From NCBI GenBank assembly GCA_027050205.1, contig JALUCS010000083.1:41464-105463 (forward strand): a stretch of DNA of 64,000 bases. Direction: 5' to 3'. The notes under the pieces were generated by a model. That model was not told where the DNA came from, ran no database searches, and saw only the letters and a list, made by a program, of their open reading frames with translations. Source of the DNA: a candidate division WOR-3 bacterium (GTDB lineage Bacteria; Hydrothermota; Hydrothermia; LBFQ01). Position numbers and translations under genes: made by a program. Below are positions 41,079 to 51,042 of this stretch, piece by piece (the stretch's first letter is position 1; each line of letters opens with the position of its first letter).

Positions 41079-42548
41079 ATGATAGGGATAGCAAGTCTCC
41101 TAATAGCGGAAACTTTCGGACCTGCGAGCCTTGAGTGGAAGCAGTTCAGGCACGATTACAAGAGGACGGGGCGCTCCGCCCTGCGAGGCAACTGCTCCTC
41201 CCTCTCGGAGCTTTACGACCGCGTCCACGGAGGTTTGGACCTAAGCGTCATAGCCGTGAACGTAAACTCGGACGGGGATCACGACATCATAGCCGCCGAG
41301 TACAACGACGACGGCGTGGCGGCGAAGGACGGCAGCAGTGGCTCCTCTATCTGGAACCGTTATATGAGCGGCGAGTACTTCGGTAGGCCTATGGCCTCCG
41401 TGGCGGCCTCAACGTCTGCGGGGAGGGTGTATGCACACGGTAGATCCAGGTTCTGGGTCCTCTCGCTCTCCAGCGGCGGCGTGATATACTCGTGGACCAA
41501 GTCCTCCACCAGAGGGGAATCCCCCCTCATAGCCGACGTAGATGGCGACGGGTGTCCGGAGATATACATCACGCCTACGAGCAGGGCCTACAGCGTAGAC
41601 GGCTGCGCCTCCTCCTTCTCCTACCACTGGTCGGTGTCCCTGCCTGCCGACGCCCACGCCGCCGCCATGGGCGATGTGGACGGCGATGGGGATATGGAGG
41701 TCCTGTTCCCTATGACGAACGGCAGCATCTACGTCGTCGACGCCCTCACCGGCACCTACCACAGCTCTTTCTCCGCCGGTGTGCCTTCCTCCCCCACCTC
41801 CCCCGACTACACGGTCGCCCTTGGGGATCTGGACGGGGACGGAAGGGACGAGGTGGTCGTCCCCCGGTCCTCAGGCATAGCAGTGTACGACTACACCACC
41901 TCGTGGAACCTGGCGTGGAGCGTGTCGGTCTCCAGCCCGGTGGCCGTGGCCCTCGGAGATAAGGACGGGGACGGCCTTGAGGACGTATGGACCAAGAACG
42001 GCTCCGAGCTTTCCGTCTATAGGGGGACGGATGGGGCGCACCTCGGCTCTACGAGCGGCCTCGGTATGGCTTCTAAACCTCCCGCCCTCCTCCACCTGAA
42101 CCTGGACGGGGTCATAGACGCCGTCGTTATACGGGGCTACACCATCGCCCTCGTGAATGGGGCCACGATGAGCGTAATGGGAACCTACGGTACCACCCCT
42201 TACAGCATCACGTCGGAGGTCGTTCCCCTCAAGCTCTCGCCGACATCCATAGGCTTCACGGTTGGGGACTACTCTTGCCACATCACGACCTGGGGGTCCT
42301 GTCCCCTCGGCTCTCCGGACGACGAGCTTGCCGTCTCGGAGAAGGGTAGTGTCGGTGAGAGGATAACCGTAGCATCCGGTCGCGTTGAGGTGGAGGTGGC
42401 CGAAGGGACGCCAGTATCCCTCTACACCTCCTCCGGCCGCGTGGTGTTTGAGGGTACCTCCAAGGGGAAGGTGGTCATTAGCGACCTCAAGAAGGGGGTC
42501 TATCTCCTCAAAGTCGGGGACAGGTTCAATCGCATAATCGTAAGGTAG
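41079..42548 (+). CDS. Secreted FG-GAP/VCBS propeller protein with T9SS-like CTD
   Basis: WKQFRHD..RTG, repeated GDxDGDG..E motifs; YTSSGR..KGVYLLK..RIIVR. Confidence 0.8.
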   Translation: MIGIASLLIAETFGPASLEWKQFRHDYKRTGRSALRGNCSSLSELYDRVHGGLDLSVIAVNVNSDGDHDIIAAEYNDDGVAAKDGSSGSSIWNRYMSGEYFGRPMASVAASTSAGRVYAHGRSRFWVLSLSSGGVIYSWTKSSTRGESPLIADVDGDGCPEIYITPTSRAYSVDGCASSFSYHWSVSLPADAHAAAMGDVDGDGDMEVLFPMTNGSIYVVDALTGTYHSSFSAGVPSSPTSPDYTVALGDLDGDGRDEVVVPRSSGIAVYDYTTSWNLAWSVSVSSPVAVALGDKDGDGLEDVWTKNGSELSVYRGTDGAHLGSTSGLGMASKPPALLHLNLDGVIDAVVIRGYTIALVNGATMSVMGTYGTTPYSITSEVVPLKLSPTSIGFTVGDYSCHITTWGSCPLGSPDDELAVSEKGSVGERITVASGRVEVEVAEGTPVSLYTSSGRVVFEGTSKGKVVISDLKKGVYLLKVGDRFNRIIVR

Positions 42549-42580
42549 GCGACCGGTGGCCGTCCTTAGAATCGTCTTCC

Positions 42581-44035
42581 ATGCTCGTCAAGGACGATAA
42601 GGTGATATTTGAAAAACACAAGGAGGGGGCGGGGAGATTCCCCGTCCCCGACTTCCCCGTTGGGTACGACATCCCCCCGGAGTTGAAACGCACCGTCCCC
42701 CTTGATCTCCCGGAGGTCCCGGAGAACGAGGTCGTCAGGCACTACGTCAGGCTCTCACAGAAGAACTGGGGTGTGGATATAGGCTTCTACCCCCTCGGCT
42801 CCTGCACGATGAAGTACAACCCCAAGTTCAATGAGGACGCCTCCCGCCTCCCCGGATTCACCCACCTGCATCCCCATTCCCCCACCCATCTCGTTCAAGG
42901 GGCGCTGAAGTTGATGTACGAGCTTCAGGAGTACCTGAAGAAGCTCACGGGGATGGACGGGGCGACCCTCCAGCCCGTTGCCGGCGCCAGCGGGGAGCTG
43001 ACGGGCATATTCATAATAAAGGCCTACCTGAAACATAAAGGGGAGGGACACAGGAACGAGGTCCTCATACCGGACTCCGCCCATGGCACCAACCCCGCCA
43101 CGGCCTCCATGGCCGGCTTCAAGGCGGTTGAGGTGAAGTCCAACGAGAGGGGTACCCTGGACGTTGAGGACCTGAAGGCCAAACTATCGGAGAGGACTGT
43201 CGGCCTCATGATAACCAACCCCAACACCCTCGGCCTCTTTGAGAGGGACATAAGGCGGATAACCGACCTCGTCCACAGGGCCGGTGGTCAGGTGTACATG
43301 GACGGGGCGAACTTCAACGCCCTGATGGGGTGGGTGAGTCTGGCCAACCTCGGTATAGACGTCGTACACCTCAACCTCCACAAGACCTTCTCCACCCCTC
43401 ATGGCGGAGGGGGACCGGGGGCCGGGGCCGTGCTGGTCAGGGAGCATCTGAAGGACTTCCTGCCCGTCCCGACGGTTGAGTACGACCCGGAGAGTGGGGA
43501 ATACTACCTGAACTGGGACAGGCCCCTGAGCATAGGCAAGGTCCACGCCTTCTACGGCCACTTCCTCGTGATGGTGAGGGCCTACGCGTACATCCTCTCC
43601 ATGGGTGGTGAGGGCCTTAAGCAGGCGGCCGCCGACGCCGTCCTCAACGCCAACTACCTCCGTCACCTCGTTGAGGGGGAGTACAAGATAGCCTACCCCA
43701 CCCGCAACATGCACGAGTTCGTCGCCACCGCAATGCCCATCAAGAGGGAGACCGGCGTAAGGACGTACGACATAGCCAAGAGGCTACTTGACTACGGCTT
43801 TCACGCCCCGACCGTCTACTTCCCCCTGATTGTACCGGAGGCCCTGATGATAGAGCCAACGGAGACGGAGACCAAGGAGACCCTTGAGGCCTTCGCCGAT
43901 GCCCTCATAAAGATAAAGAGGGAGGCCTACGAGAACCCGGACCTCGTGAAGGAGGCCCCCCACAACACCCCGGTGAGGCGGCTTGACGAGGTGAAGGCGG
44001 CGAAGCAGTTGAAGGTCAAGTGGGAGGGTAGTTAG
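42581..44035 (+). CDS. gcvPB: Glycine dehydrogenase (decarboxylating) subunit 2
   Basis: YPLGSCTMKYNP, SAHGTNPA, HLNLHKTFSTPHGGGGPG, MIEPTETE. Confidence 0.95.
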   Translation: MLVKDDKVIFEKHKEGAGRFPVPDFPVGYDIPPELKRTVPLDLPEVPENEVVRHYVRLSQKNWGVDIGFYPLGSCTMKYNPKFNEDASRLPGFTHLHPHSPTHLVQGALKLMYELQEYLKKLTGMDGATLQPVAGASGELTGIFIIKAYLKHKGEGHRNEVLIPDSAHGTNPATASMAGFKAVEVKSNERGTLDVEDLKAKLSERTVGLMITNPNTLGLFERDIRRITDLVHRAGGQVYMDGANFNALMGWVSLANLGIDVVHLNLHKTFSTPHGGGGPGAGAVLVREHLKDFLPVPTVEYDPESGEYYLNWDRPLSIGKVHAFYGHFLVMVRAYAYILSMGGEGLKQAAADAVLNANYLRHLVEGEYKIAYPTRNMHEFVATAMPIKRETGVRTYDIAKRLLDYGFHAPTVYFPLIVPEALMIEPTETETKETLEAFADALIKIKREAYENPDLVKEAPHNTPVRRLDEVKAAKQLKVKWEGS

Positions 44036-44054
44036 CCCCCTTAGAATGGACCTT

Positions 44055-44645
44055 ATGTTAGCTTTGCTTGCGCTGTCGCCGAAGGTGCCGGTTAGCCTTT
44101 ACGTGTATGAGGAACACTGGGGGGCGAAGATACCGCTCGCTAAGGTTGAGGGGAAGAGGGGCGTATCCCTGCGGACGATAAATACCCGGACCTTCTACTG
44201 CCGCATAGATGTACCCGATTCCATCCTGGACCCGGAGAGGTGGAAGGGCCTGAAGGATAGGTACGCAATGTTTCAGGGGACGGACCTACCCACCTACCAC
44301 TTCCGGTACAGGTACGGGGATATGCTGAAGGAGGTTGAGACCTACGGCCCTCCGAACGTCCAGCCCTTCCTCGGAGCCGTCTTCACCACCCTTATGCAGG
44401 TTCCCTGTAAGGGGGAGGTTAAACCCAAGAGGATCACCCTTGAGTGGAGGGAGGTACAGGTCAAGCGGAAGCCCATCCCGGCCGGTAAGTACGAGGCCCT
44501 CATAGGTAAGACGGAGGTCAGGGGGAAGGACTACGACCTCGCCTACGACCTCATCAAACGCTTTGGCCACATGGCCTTCACGGGCGTCATCCTTATGGAC
44601 AGTAAGAAGAGGACGTGGGAGGTGAGGGTGAAGGTGGAGATTTGA
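44055..44645 (+). CDS. Hypothetical exported protein
   Basis: ATG 7 nt after TAGAAT; hydrophobic N-terminus MLALLALS. Confidence 0.55.
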   Translation: MLALLALSPKVPVSLYVYEEHWGAKIPLAKVEGKRGVSLRTINTRTFYCRIDVPDSILDPERWKGLKDRYAMFQGTDLPTYHFRYRYGDMLKEVETYGPPNVQPFLGAVFTTLMQVPCKGEVKPKRITLEWREVQVKRKPIPAGKYEALIGKTEVRGKDYDLAYDLIKRFGHMAFTGVILMDSKKRTWEVRVKVEI

Positions 44646-44651
44646 CCTCCC

Positions 44652-45377
44652 CTATCGGAGGTTCGCCGGAAACCTCGCCCACCTTACGACGTAGACCCTC
44701 CTGTTGGTATCCCCCCCCATTTCAGCCTTCAGTTTTAAACTGGATGGAGAAGGGCTTATCCCCAAGTCCACGAGGTCGTATCCCAACTCAAATCCCCGGC
44801 TTATACCGAGGTGGAGCAGGTAGGTGGGTACGAAGTTGAAGCCCCTCCAACCCATTTGCCACAGGAGGTACCTGTCCGGAAGGGCGAGGTTCAGTAGGAC
44901 GCCGACCACCTCCCCCTCCACTGCTACCCCTACCCCCTCCACGCCGGGCAGGTCGTAAATCTCCCTAAGCCTCCCCTCCGGTATGGGCCTCCTACCGTAG
45001 CGTCTGACGGTTGAGGCGTAGAGGGGGTAGAAGACCTCAAAGGGCAGGGGATCCACAACCTTCCCCTTCTCCTTGGCCCGCCTTATCAACCTCCTCCTCT
45101 CCCTGTGGTACCTTGCCCCCCTCCTAACTACGGGCGAAGGGAAGGACAGGGTTGCCTCCGGGTGGGGGTAGAGGAGGGCTATCTCGCCCGCCGTAAAACT
45201 ACCCGTTATGTGCCGCAGGGTTTTGGGATCAAGTGAGTGGGATGTGGGGAGGGTGTACGGAAAGGAGAGGAAAAGGCGAAAGAACAGGTACCTCCTAACC
45301 TCTATCCCAGGAAAACCCCCAGCCTCCACGTACCTACCACCCACGACCCGCTCGCCGAACTCCTTCAGTGAGAGCAA
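44652..45377 (-). CDS. FemAB-like GNAT-fold protein
   Basis: RRRLIRRA, FYPLYASTVRRYG, YDLVDLG, KLKAEMGG. Confidence 0.65.
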   Translation of the reverse strand: MLSLKEFGERVVGGRYVEAGGFPGIEVRRYLFFRLFLSFPYTLPTSHSLDPKTLRHITGSFTAGEIALLYPHPEATLSFPSPVVRRGARYHRERRRLIRRAKEKGKVVDPLPFEVFYPLYASTVRRYGRRPIPEGRLREIYDLPGVEGVGVAVEGEVVGVLLNLALPDRYLLWQMGWRGFNFVPTYLLHLGISRGFELGYDLVDLGISPSPSSLKLKAEMGGDTNRRVYVVRWARFPANLR

Positions 45378-46468
45378 GCCTCCATTTTAAGAGCGTTCCA
45401 GAACTCCCTCCACCGCTCCCTTGAGGTCTCAACGAAGAGCGATAGGGCGAGATCTCTGGCCCTACGGGATATCCTTTCCCTGTACTCCCCATCCTCCACC
45501 AACCGCCTCAAAACCCCCTCCGCCTCGTCAAGGCCACCTACGACCGTCCCGTCGGCTCCGTTCAGTACGCCGAAGTCGTCCCCCAAAGATACGACGGGCG
45601 TCCCCAAAAGCATAGCCTCTATGGCCACGTTCGGTATCCCCTCCGTCTTGGGCCTGCTCGTTATGACGAGGGCGGTTGCCCCCTTCAACAGGGAGTGCAG
45701 TTTCCTACGGGGCATTCGCGGGAGGGTCATCAGGTTGGGGGGACCGTCCATCGGGTACCCCACCATAACGAATTTCACCTCCGGCAATCTGCGGGCGAGT
45801 TCGGAGAAGAGTTCCGGCCTCTTGTTGGGGTTAGGGCGGGCCGAGACCCACAGGAAGTAGGGAGAAGGGATAGGGGGAGGGTCGGAAACGGAGGGGACGG
45901 TCTGGAGGTTGGGTAAGAGAACGACATCCTTTCCAGGGAACTTGGCCTTGACCCCGGCGAGCTGCCTTTCGTTCTGAACGGTTACGACGTCGGCCGCCCG
46001 CATCCCCAAGGCGACCCCCAAATCCAAAAGGGAGAAGAGGGGAAGGAGTAGGAGCTTCTTCAGGGGGGAACGGCGGGAGGCCATCAAGGTACGCACGTAC
46101 TTGAAGTCCTCGTACCCTTCCTGGGCGTTTACGCTCCATACGAGGGTACTACCCTTCAGGAGCTTGGCTATAAGACCCACTATGAGGTGATAGCTCCGCC
46201 CCCGCGCATAAACGGCGGACGGAGAGAGGTTTAGGGTCGCCCTTAGAAGGCGGAGGAGACGCGCGACCTCCCACCGGGAGGGACGGAGTAGAACGACCCT
46301 CAAGTTGCCCACCCTGTACTCCCGCCCCTTCCCCCGATGGTCAAAGGCCACCAAAACACTCTCACAGACCTGCGATGCCACCTCACCGACGAAGTAGGTC
46401 TGTAAGTGGGACCCCGTGAAGGGTGCGTCGTCCTCCACGGGGTACTCCGATAGGAGCAGGAGCCTCAC
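45365..46468 (-). CDS. GT4 family glycosyltransferase
   Basis: KRPELF, EGIPNVAIEAMLLGTPVV. Confidence 0.85.
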   Translation of the reverse strand: MRLLLLSEYPVEDDAPFTGSHLQTYFVGEVASQVCESVLVAFDHRGKGREYRVGNLRVVLLRPSRWEVARLLRLLRATLNLSPSAVYARGRSYHLIVGLIAKLLKGSTLVWSVNAQEGYEDFKYVRTLMASRRSPLKKLLLLPLFSLLDLGVALGMRAADVVTVQNERQLAGVKAKFPGKDVVLLPNLQTVPSVSDPPPIPSPYFLWVSARPNPNKRPELFSELARRLPEVKFVMVGYPMDGPPNLMTLPRMPRRKLHSLLKGATALVITSRPKTEGIPNVAIEAMLLGTPVVSLGDDFGVLNGADGTVVGGLDEAEGVLRRLVEDGEYRERISRRARDLALSLFVETSRERWREFWNALKMEACSH

Positions 46469-47130
46469 CGGGTGATGGCGTCCCGGATCTTCCTTAGGGT
46501 AGCTACGGGGTCTTTGGCTTCGGTCACCTCCCTACCCACGATGAGGATATCGTCCTCCTGGAGCCACTTCAGACGCTCCGGAGGGACGGTACGGGCGTGG
46601 TCGTCCTTCTTCCTCCTTAGCCTTACCCCCGGAACGACCACGTTGAGCATCTTGAAGTACTTCCTAACGGCGCGGGCCTCCAGGCCACTTACGACCACAC
46701 CCCAGGCCCTCGCATCCGAGGCCATTCGGCTTAGCTGAATGGCGAGCTTGCGGGGGAACTTGCGGTAGATCTCACGGGCTTCGCTCACGTCAAGGCTGGT
46801 CAGGAGGGTAACGGCGACGACGCGGATGTCCGGTCGGGCCTCAACGGCGGCCTCCATCATCTTCTTACCACCGGTGGCGTGGACGGTAACGTACTCCACC
46901 TCCGGCAGGTCCCTCACGGTGGTGGCGACCACGGAGGGGATATCGTGGAGCTTCAGGTCCAAGAAGATGCGGACCCCATCGCGCAGGAGGGCGACGACCT
47001 CGTCGCGACCTTTCCCCGAGTACAGAGGCAGACCGACCTTAAAGAGGTCGGCCTCTTCCCTAAGCTTCTCTACTAGCGCTCGCGCCTCCTCCCAAGAGTC
47101 GGTGTTAAGCGCTACGCATATCTGTGCCAT
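46465..47130 (-). CDS. pyrF: Orotidine-5'-phosphate decarboxylase
   Basis: FKVG, FLDLKLHDIP, TVH, VTLLTS, VPGVR, IVGR. Confidence 0.92.
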   Translation of the reverse strand: MAQICVALNTDSWEEARALVEKLREEADLFKVGLPLYSGKGRDEVVALLRDGVRIFLDLKLHDIPSVVATTVRDLPEVEYVTVHATGGKKMMEAAVEARPDIRVVAVTLLTSLDVSEAREIYRKFPRKLAIQLSRMASDARAWGVVVSGLEARAVRKYFKMLNVVVPGVRLRRKKDDHARTVPPERLKWLQEDDILIVGREVTEAKDPVATLRKIRDAITR

Positions 47131-47980
47131 ATTCGTACAACCTCCCTTTTAGGTTTATGGTTTCCGCTATAACTTTGAGCGAATTCTCCCCCTTCATCTT
47201 CAACTCGTCCCCGTAGAGGATGAAGGCCCCGATGAAGAGTCCCCGGTAGCCGAGGACGGAGACGTATATCCCCCCTAAACTTGACAGGAGGATGTGCCAT
47301 ATTGCGTTCGGGTTCCTCTTGAGCCGCTCAACCTCCACGGGTAGGTCCCTACCCTCCACCTCCCTGCCAGGGGCGAAGAAGGGGACGGATACGGCGAGGG
47401 CGACCAGATGGTCCACCTTAACCATACGTTCCCCTTCGTCCGGGAACTGGCCTATGCCTATCCTCTCCACCTTGTCCCCGATCAGACGGAAGGTGTAGAA
47501 CTCCTCACCGGCTATGAAGACGGAGGCGTAGCTCCGCCCCTTCTGGAGGAAGAAACTCCTGTCCCCAACCTTTCCCTCCTTGATCCGTCGCATCTCCTCC
47601 GGAGATATGGGGACGCTCTTCCCTATCCTTATCGCCATCAGGTCCCTCGCCTCGTCGGGCGATATGTCGCGAAGGCGGCCTTTGACGTTGGCCACCTCCA
47701 TACCCACCAAGAGGGCCAGGGCCTCCTGCCTCGGTATGTACAGCTTGGGGAGGTGGTCCGAGGGGTCTATCGGAGACCTTTGGACTATGGCCTTGTCCCA
47801 CTCAAACATATGGTGCAGGCTCTTGAAGGTGGCCCCCCAGGTGCTGTCAAGACCTACGATGTTTCCGTCTACCAAGGCAACCTTCACCACCCCGAAGCCC
47901 CTTTTCCCCGAAGGGACGAACTGGAGTTTCCCACTCTCCTTACGCTTTATCGCCAGATAGAGGGCAACCACCGGATGCAT
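47105..47980 (-). CDS. Hypothetical protein with DUF4388/PATAN-like domains
   Basis: ESGKL..VALVDGNIVG..LHHMFEWD at N-terminus; similar fold pattern at C-terminus (KGENSLKVI..GRLYEY). Confidence 0.45.
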   Translation of the reverse strand: MHPVVALYLAIKRKESGKLQFVPSGKRGFGVVKVALVDGNIVGLDSTWGATFKSLHHMFEWDKAIVQRSPIDPSDHLPKLYIPRQEALALLVGMEVANVKGRLRDISPDEARDLMAIRIGKSVPISPEEMRRIKEGKVGDRSFFLQKGRSYASVFIAGEEFYTFRLIGDKVERIGIGQFPDEGERMVKVDHLVALAVSVPFFAPGREVEGRDLPVEVERLKRNPNAIWHILLSSLGGIYVSVLGYRGLFIGAFILYGDELKMKGENSLKVIAETINLKGRLYEYGTDMRSA

Positions 47981-48057
47981 CTAACCCATCTATTATAATG
48001 GCGATTAACGGACTTTTACCAGCCCACCGGGATGTGCGATTATTTTAGGATTTGTGT

Positions 48058-49836
48058 CTATCTCACCACCACCTGCCTCACGGTACGGTTGCCGACCACC
48101 ACCCCGTAGACTCCGGGCTTCAGCTTCACGACCACCTCCTCTACCCCCTCGGCTACCACCCTACCATCCACACCTATCACCCTTACCTCACCCCTGCCCC
48201 TCACCTTCAGTACCCTCCCCTCCAACCTCACTCCGTACTTACCTTCCCCGGCCTCACCTACCGCCAGATCTCCCCCATTACCGAGGGGATCGTACGTGAA
48301 GACTATCTCGTCCAGTATCGGCGTCAGGGTAGAGTCCGCGTTCGCATACAGCTCCACCCTGTACTGCAGGTACCGGAAACTCTCTACCGCAAACGTGTCT
48401 GAACCCGGTATGGAGGGGTCGTTCAGGTTCCTGCTTCCGCTACCCGTAAAGACGTAAGGCCCTATCCAAGTCGTCCAAGAGGAGCCGTAGCGGGAGGCCC
48501 TAACATAAACGTGTATCTCCTTCCCCGGTGCGGAGGGGTTGCAGTTGGAGAAGGAGACCTGCACCTGGAGCCACCTCCTATATACGCCGGCGTCCAAGAT
48601 GGAGGAGGTGAGGGTGGCCGTAGGCTCGTACTTGAGGACCGTCTTGTACCACCAGAGGCCCTCCTTAGGAGAAGGATACAGCCCGGCCCTAACGAGGATG
48701 TCCGGGGAGGCGTCGCTGTTGAGGTCCCCTATCCCTACGCCGAAGTAGTGGCGGGAAGTTATGGAGGGGGAGGTTCGGGTGAAGCCCAGAGAGCCGTCGT
48801 TGAGGTAGATGTATATCCTCTGGGCGTTCTGGTCGGCAACGGCTACGTCCAAGTCCCCGTCCGGTTCAAAGTCGGCCACCTGGATTCCCATGGGCCTGTT
48901 GGCGGAGTTATCAACGGTTATCCGGGTGAAGCTCATCCCTCCGTCGTTGCGGTAGACGTACACCTTCCCCGTCCTGTCGGTTAGGGCGAGGTCGTAGTCC
49001 CCATCGCCGTCCATATCCCCCTTGGCCAGCCCGTATCCGTCCGAGAGGGTGTTGTCTATGACGAGGTGGGTGAAGGAGCCTCCCCCGTCGTTCCGGAAGA
49101 TGCGGAGGGCGTTGCGGGTGGCCAGCGCTATGTCGTTGTCGCCGTCGTTGTCGTAGTCCCCTATCACCACGTCGTAGGTAGTGCCGAGGCCGGTACCGAG
49201 GCCGTGCTTTACCCACCCGCTCCCCGTGTTCTCGTACCACCATAGGCCGCCGGCGAGCCACGTGACGGCTACGTCGTAGTCCCCGTCCCCGTCCAGGTCT
49301 CCGGCGTCTATCCCCTCACCCTCGGAGCTGGAACTTATGGCGGGGTCTATCACATGAGTGCTGAAGGTCATGCTCCCGTCGTTCCTGTAGAGGACGACGT
49401 CCTTACCCGACGAGGGATGGGAGGCGGCGAAGACGTCCATATCCCCGTCCCTCTGGTAGTCCACGGCCACCACCTCGTCCACGCTCGCTATGTCCGGGTC
49501 TATGGTGTGCCTCGTGAAGGAGCCGCATCCGGCGTTCTCGTACCAATAGACAACGTTCGGGCCGGCCTCGTCGGAGACGAGGAGGTCGTTGTCGCCGTCT
49601 AAGTCCATATCCACGATGTCGGGGTCGTTGTCCCAACCTCCGATGGAGTTATCCACCGAGTACTCCTCAAGCGTACGGAAGACCCCCCTCAAGCGGAGCT
49701 TACCCGGAAACTCGTAGAAGGCGGAGGAGTCGGCCGAGCAGAAGGTGTTCCCCCAGGTTGAGACGGGGCCGCATACCCCCGGCCCCCCCGACCAGTCGCT
49801 CTGCGAGACCGATTGAGAGATGAGAAACAGTACCAT
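48058..49836 (-). CDS. Secreted FG-GAP/VCBS repeat protein with T9SS-like CTD
   Basis: QSDWSGGPG start; about 7 DxDxDGDxD..WYEN/YRNDG repeats; VDGRVV..PGVYGVV..RQVVVR. Confidence 0.82.
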   Translation of the reverse strand: MVLFLISQSVSQSDWSGGPGVCGPVSTWGNTFCSADSSAFYEFPGKLRLRGVFRTLEEYSVDNSIGGWDNDPDIVDMDLDGDNDLLVSDEAGPNVVYWYENAGCGSFTRHTIDPDIASVDEVVAVDYQRDGDMDVFAASHPSSGKDVVLYRNDGSMTFSTHVIDPAISSSSEGEGIDAGDLDGDGDYDVAVTWLAGGLWWYENTGSGWVKHGLGTGLGTTYDVVIGDYDNDGDNDIALATRNALRIFRNDGGGSFTHLVIDNTLSDGYGLAKGDMDGDGDYDLALTDRTGKVYVYRNDGGMSFTRITVDNSANRPMGIQVADFEPDGDLDVAVADQNAQRIYIYLNDGSLGFTRTSPSITSRHYFGVGIGDLNSDASPDILVRAGLYPSPKEGLWWYKTVLKYEPTATLTSSILDAGVYRRWLQVQVSFSNCNPSAPGKEIHVYVRASRYGSSWTTWIGPYVFTGSGSRNLNDPSIPGSDTFAVESFRYLQYRVELYANADSTLTPILDEIVFTYDPLGNGGDLAVGEAGEGKYGVRLEGRVLKVRGRGEVRVIGVDGRVVAEGVEEVVVKLKPGVYGVVVGNRTVRQVVVR

Positions 49837-49926
49837 CAACTGTATATTTTAAGGCAAAATCTTTCCCCGCTCTACGGGTAGCGTTCGGCGTTTGTTTGGA
49901 ATAATTACAAAAATCCCCCAAAATTC

Positions 49927-49942
49927 TATCAAATATTTGATA
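49927..49942. promoter_or_regulatory. Perfect 16-bp palindrome, candidate operator
   Basis: TATCAAATATTTGATA in divergent intergenic region. Confidence 0.45.
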
Positions 49943-50112
49943 TTTTTTTTAAATTTACCCCGAATAATAGGCAAAAATCTAAAAAGTCTTCATCTTACAT
50001 AAGTGAGTCGGGTTGGGGGTTCGGTACCCATCCCCAACACCGCCGGTGGCTGCCCGTTCTCAAAACCGGTGGAAATGGCGGTACGGTTGAATCCCTGTTA
50101 GAATACCCACCC

Positions 50113-51042
50113 ATGCCTTCAGACCTCTACGCCGTAATCTTGGCCGGAGGGCAGTCCAAGCGGATAAAGTCCAAACTCCCGAAGGTCTTCCACAAGGTCT
50201 CCGGCCGTATGATGATAGAGTGGGTGATAGAGAGCGCCCTTGAGTTGGAGCCTGTGGAGATACTGATCGTAGGGAACTCCTCCAACCACGCCCTCTTGAG
50301 GGAGGTAGCCTCCCGCTACCGTAAGGTCTCCGTGATAGTGCAGGAGGTTCCGAGGGGTACGGGGGACGCCGTTCGCTACGCCGAGGGTCACGTACCCGAA
50401 GATGCTATCCTCTACGTCGGGAGCGGGGACGCCCCCCTCATAAGGGGAAGCACCCTAAGGGCGATGTACCGGAGGCTCCTCTCCACTGACGCCGACGCCG
50501 TCCTCCTTACGGCCGAGGTCCCGGACCCGACGGGGTACGGTAGGATAATCCGGGAGGGGGACCGCTTCGTCAGGATAGTGGAGCATAAGGACGCGACGGA
50601 GGAGGAGAGGGAGATAAGGGAGGTGAACGCCGGGTTCTACATGTTCAGGGCGGGGCCTCTGTTCGCCGGCCTCAAAAGGATAACTCCAAATAACGCACAA
50701 AATGAGTACTATTTAACGGATGTTTTCAAATTTTTGCAAAAAATCGTCATACATAGAACGGACAATTGGGAGGAGATCTTGGGCGTGAATACCCGCCGCC
50801 AGCTCGCCTTAGTTGAGGGGATAATGCAGCGGAGGATAAAGGGTAGGTGGATGGACGAGGGCATAACCTTCATCCTTCCCGAAACCACCTACGTTGAGTA
50901 CTCCGTCAAGATAGGCAGGGACACCGTCATATACCCCAACGTCTCCCTCCTCGGAAACACCGTCATAGGGGAGGATTGCGTCATCGGGCCGGGCCGCGTC
51001 CTCAAGGACGAGGAGATACCGGACGGGACGGTCCTGCTATGA
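50113..51042 (+). CDS. glmU: GlmU-like uridyltransferase with truncated hexapeptide (acetyltransferase) domain
   Basis: LAGGQSKRIKSKLPKV, GTGDAV, PTGYGRI, EYYLTD, LGVNTR; ends after about 3 LbH coils at 309 aa. Confidence 0.8.
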   Translation: MPSDLYAVILAGGQSKRIKSKLPKVFHKVSGRMMIEWVIESALELEPVEILIVGNSSNHALLREVASRYRKVSVIVQEVPRGTGDAVRYAEGHVPEDAILYVGSGDAPLIRGSTLRAMYRRLLSTDADAVLLTAEVPDPTGYGRIIREGDRFVRIVEHKDATEEEREIREVNAGFYMFRAGPLFAGLKRITPNNAQNEYYLTDVFKFLQKIVIHRTDNWEEILGVNTRRQLALVEGIMQRRIKGRWMDEGITFILPETTYVEYSVKIGRDTVIYPNVSLLGNTVIGEDCVIGPGRVLKDEEIPDGTVLL

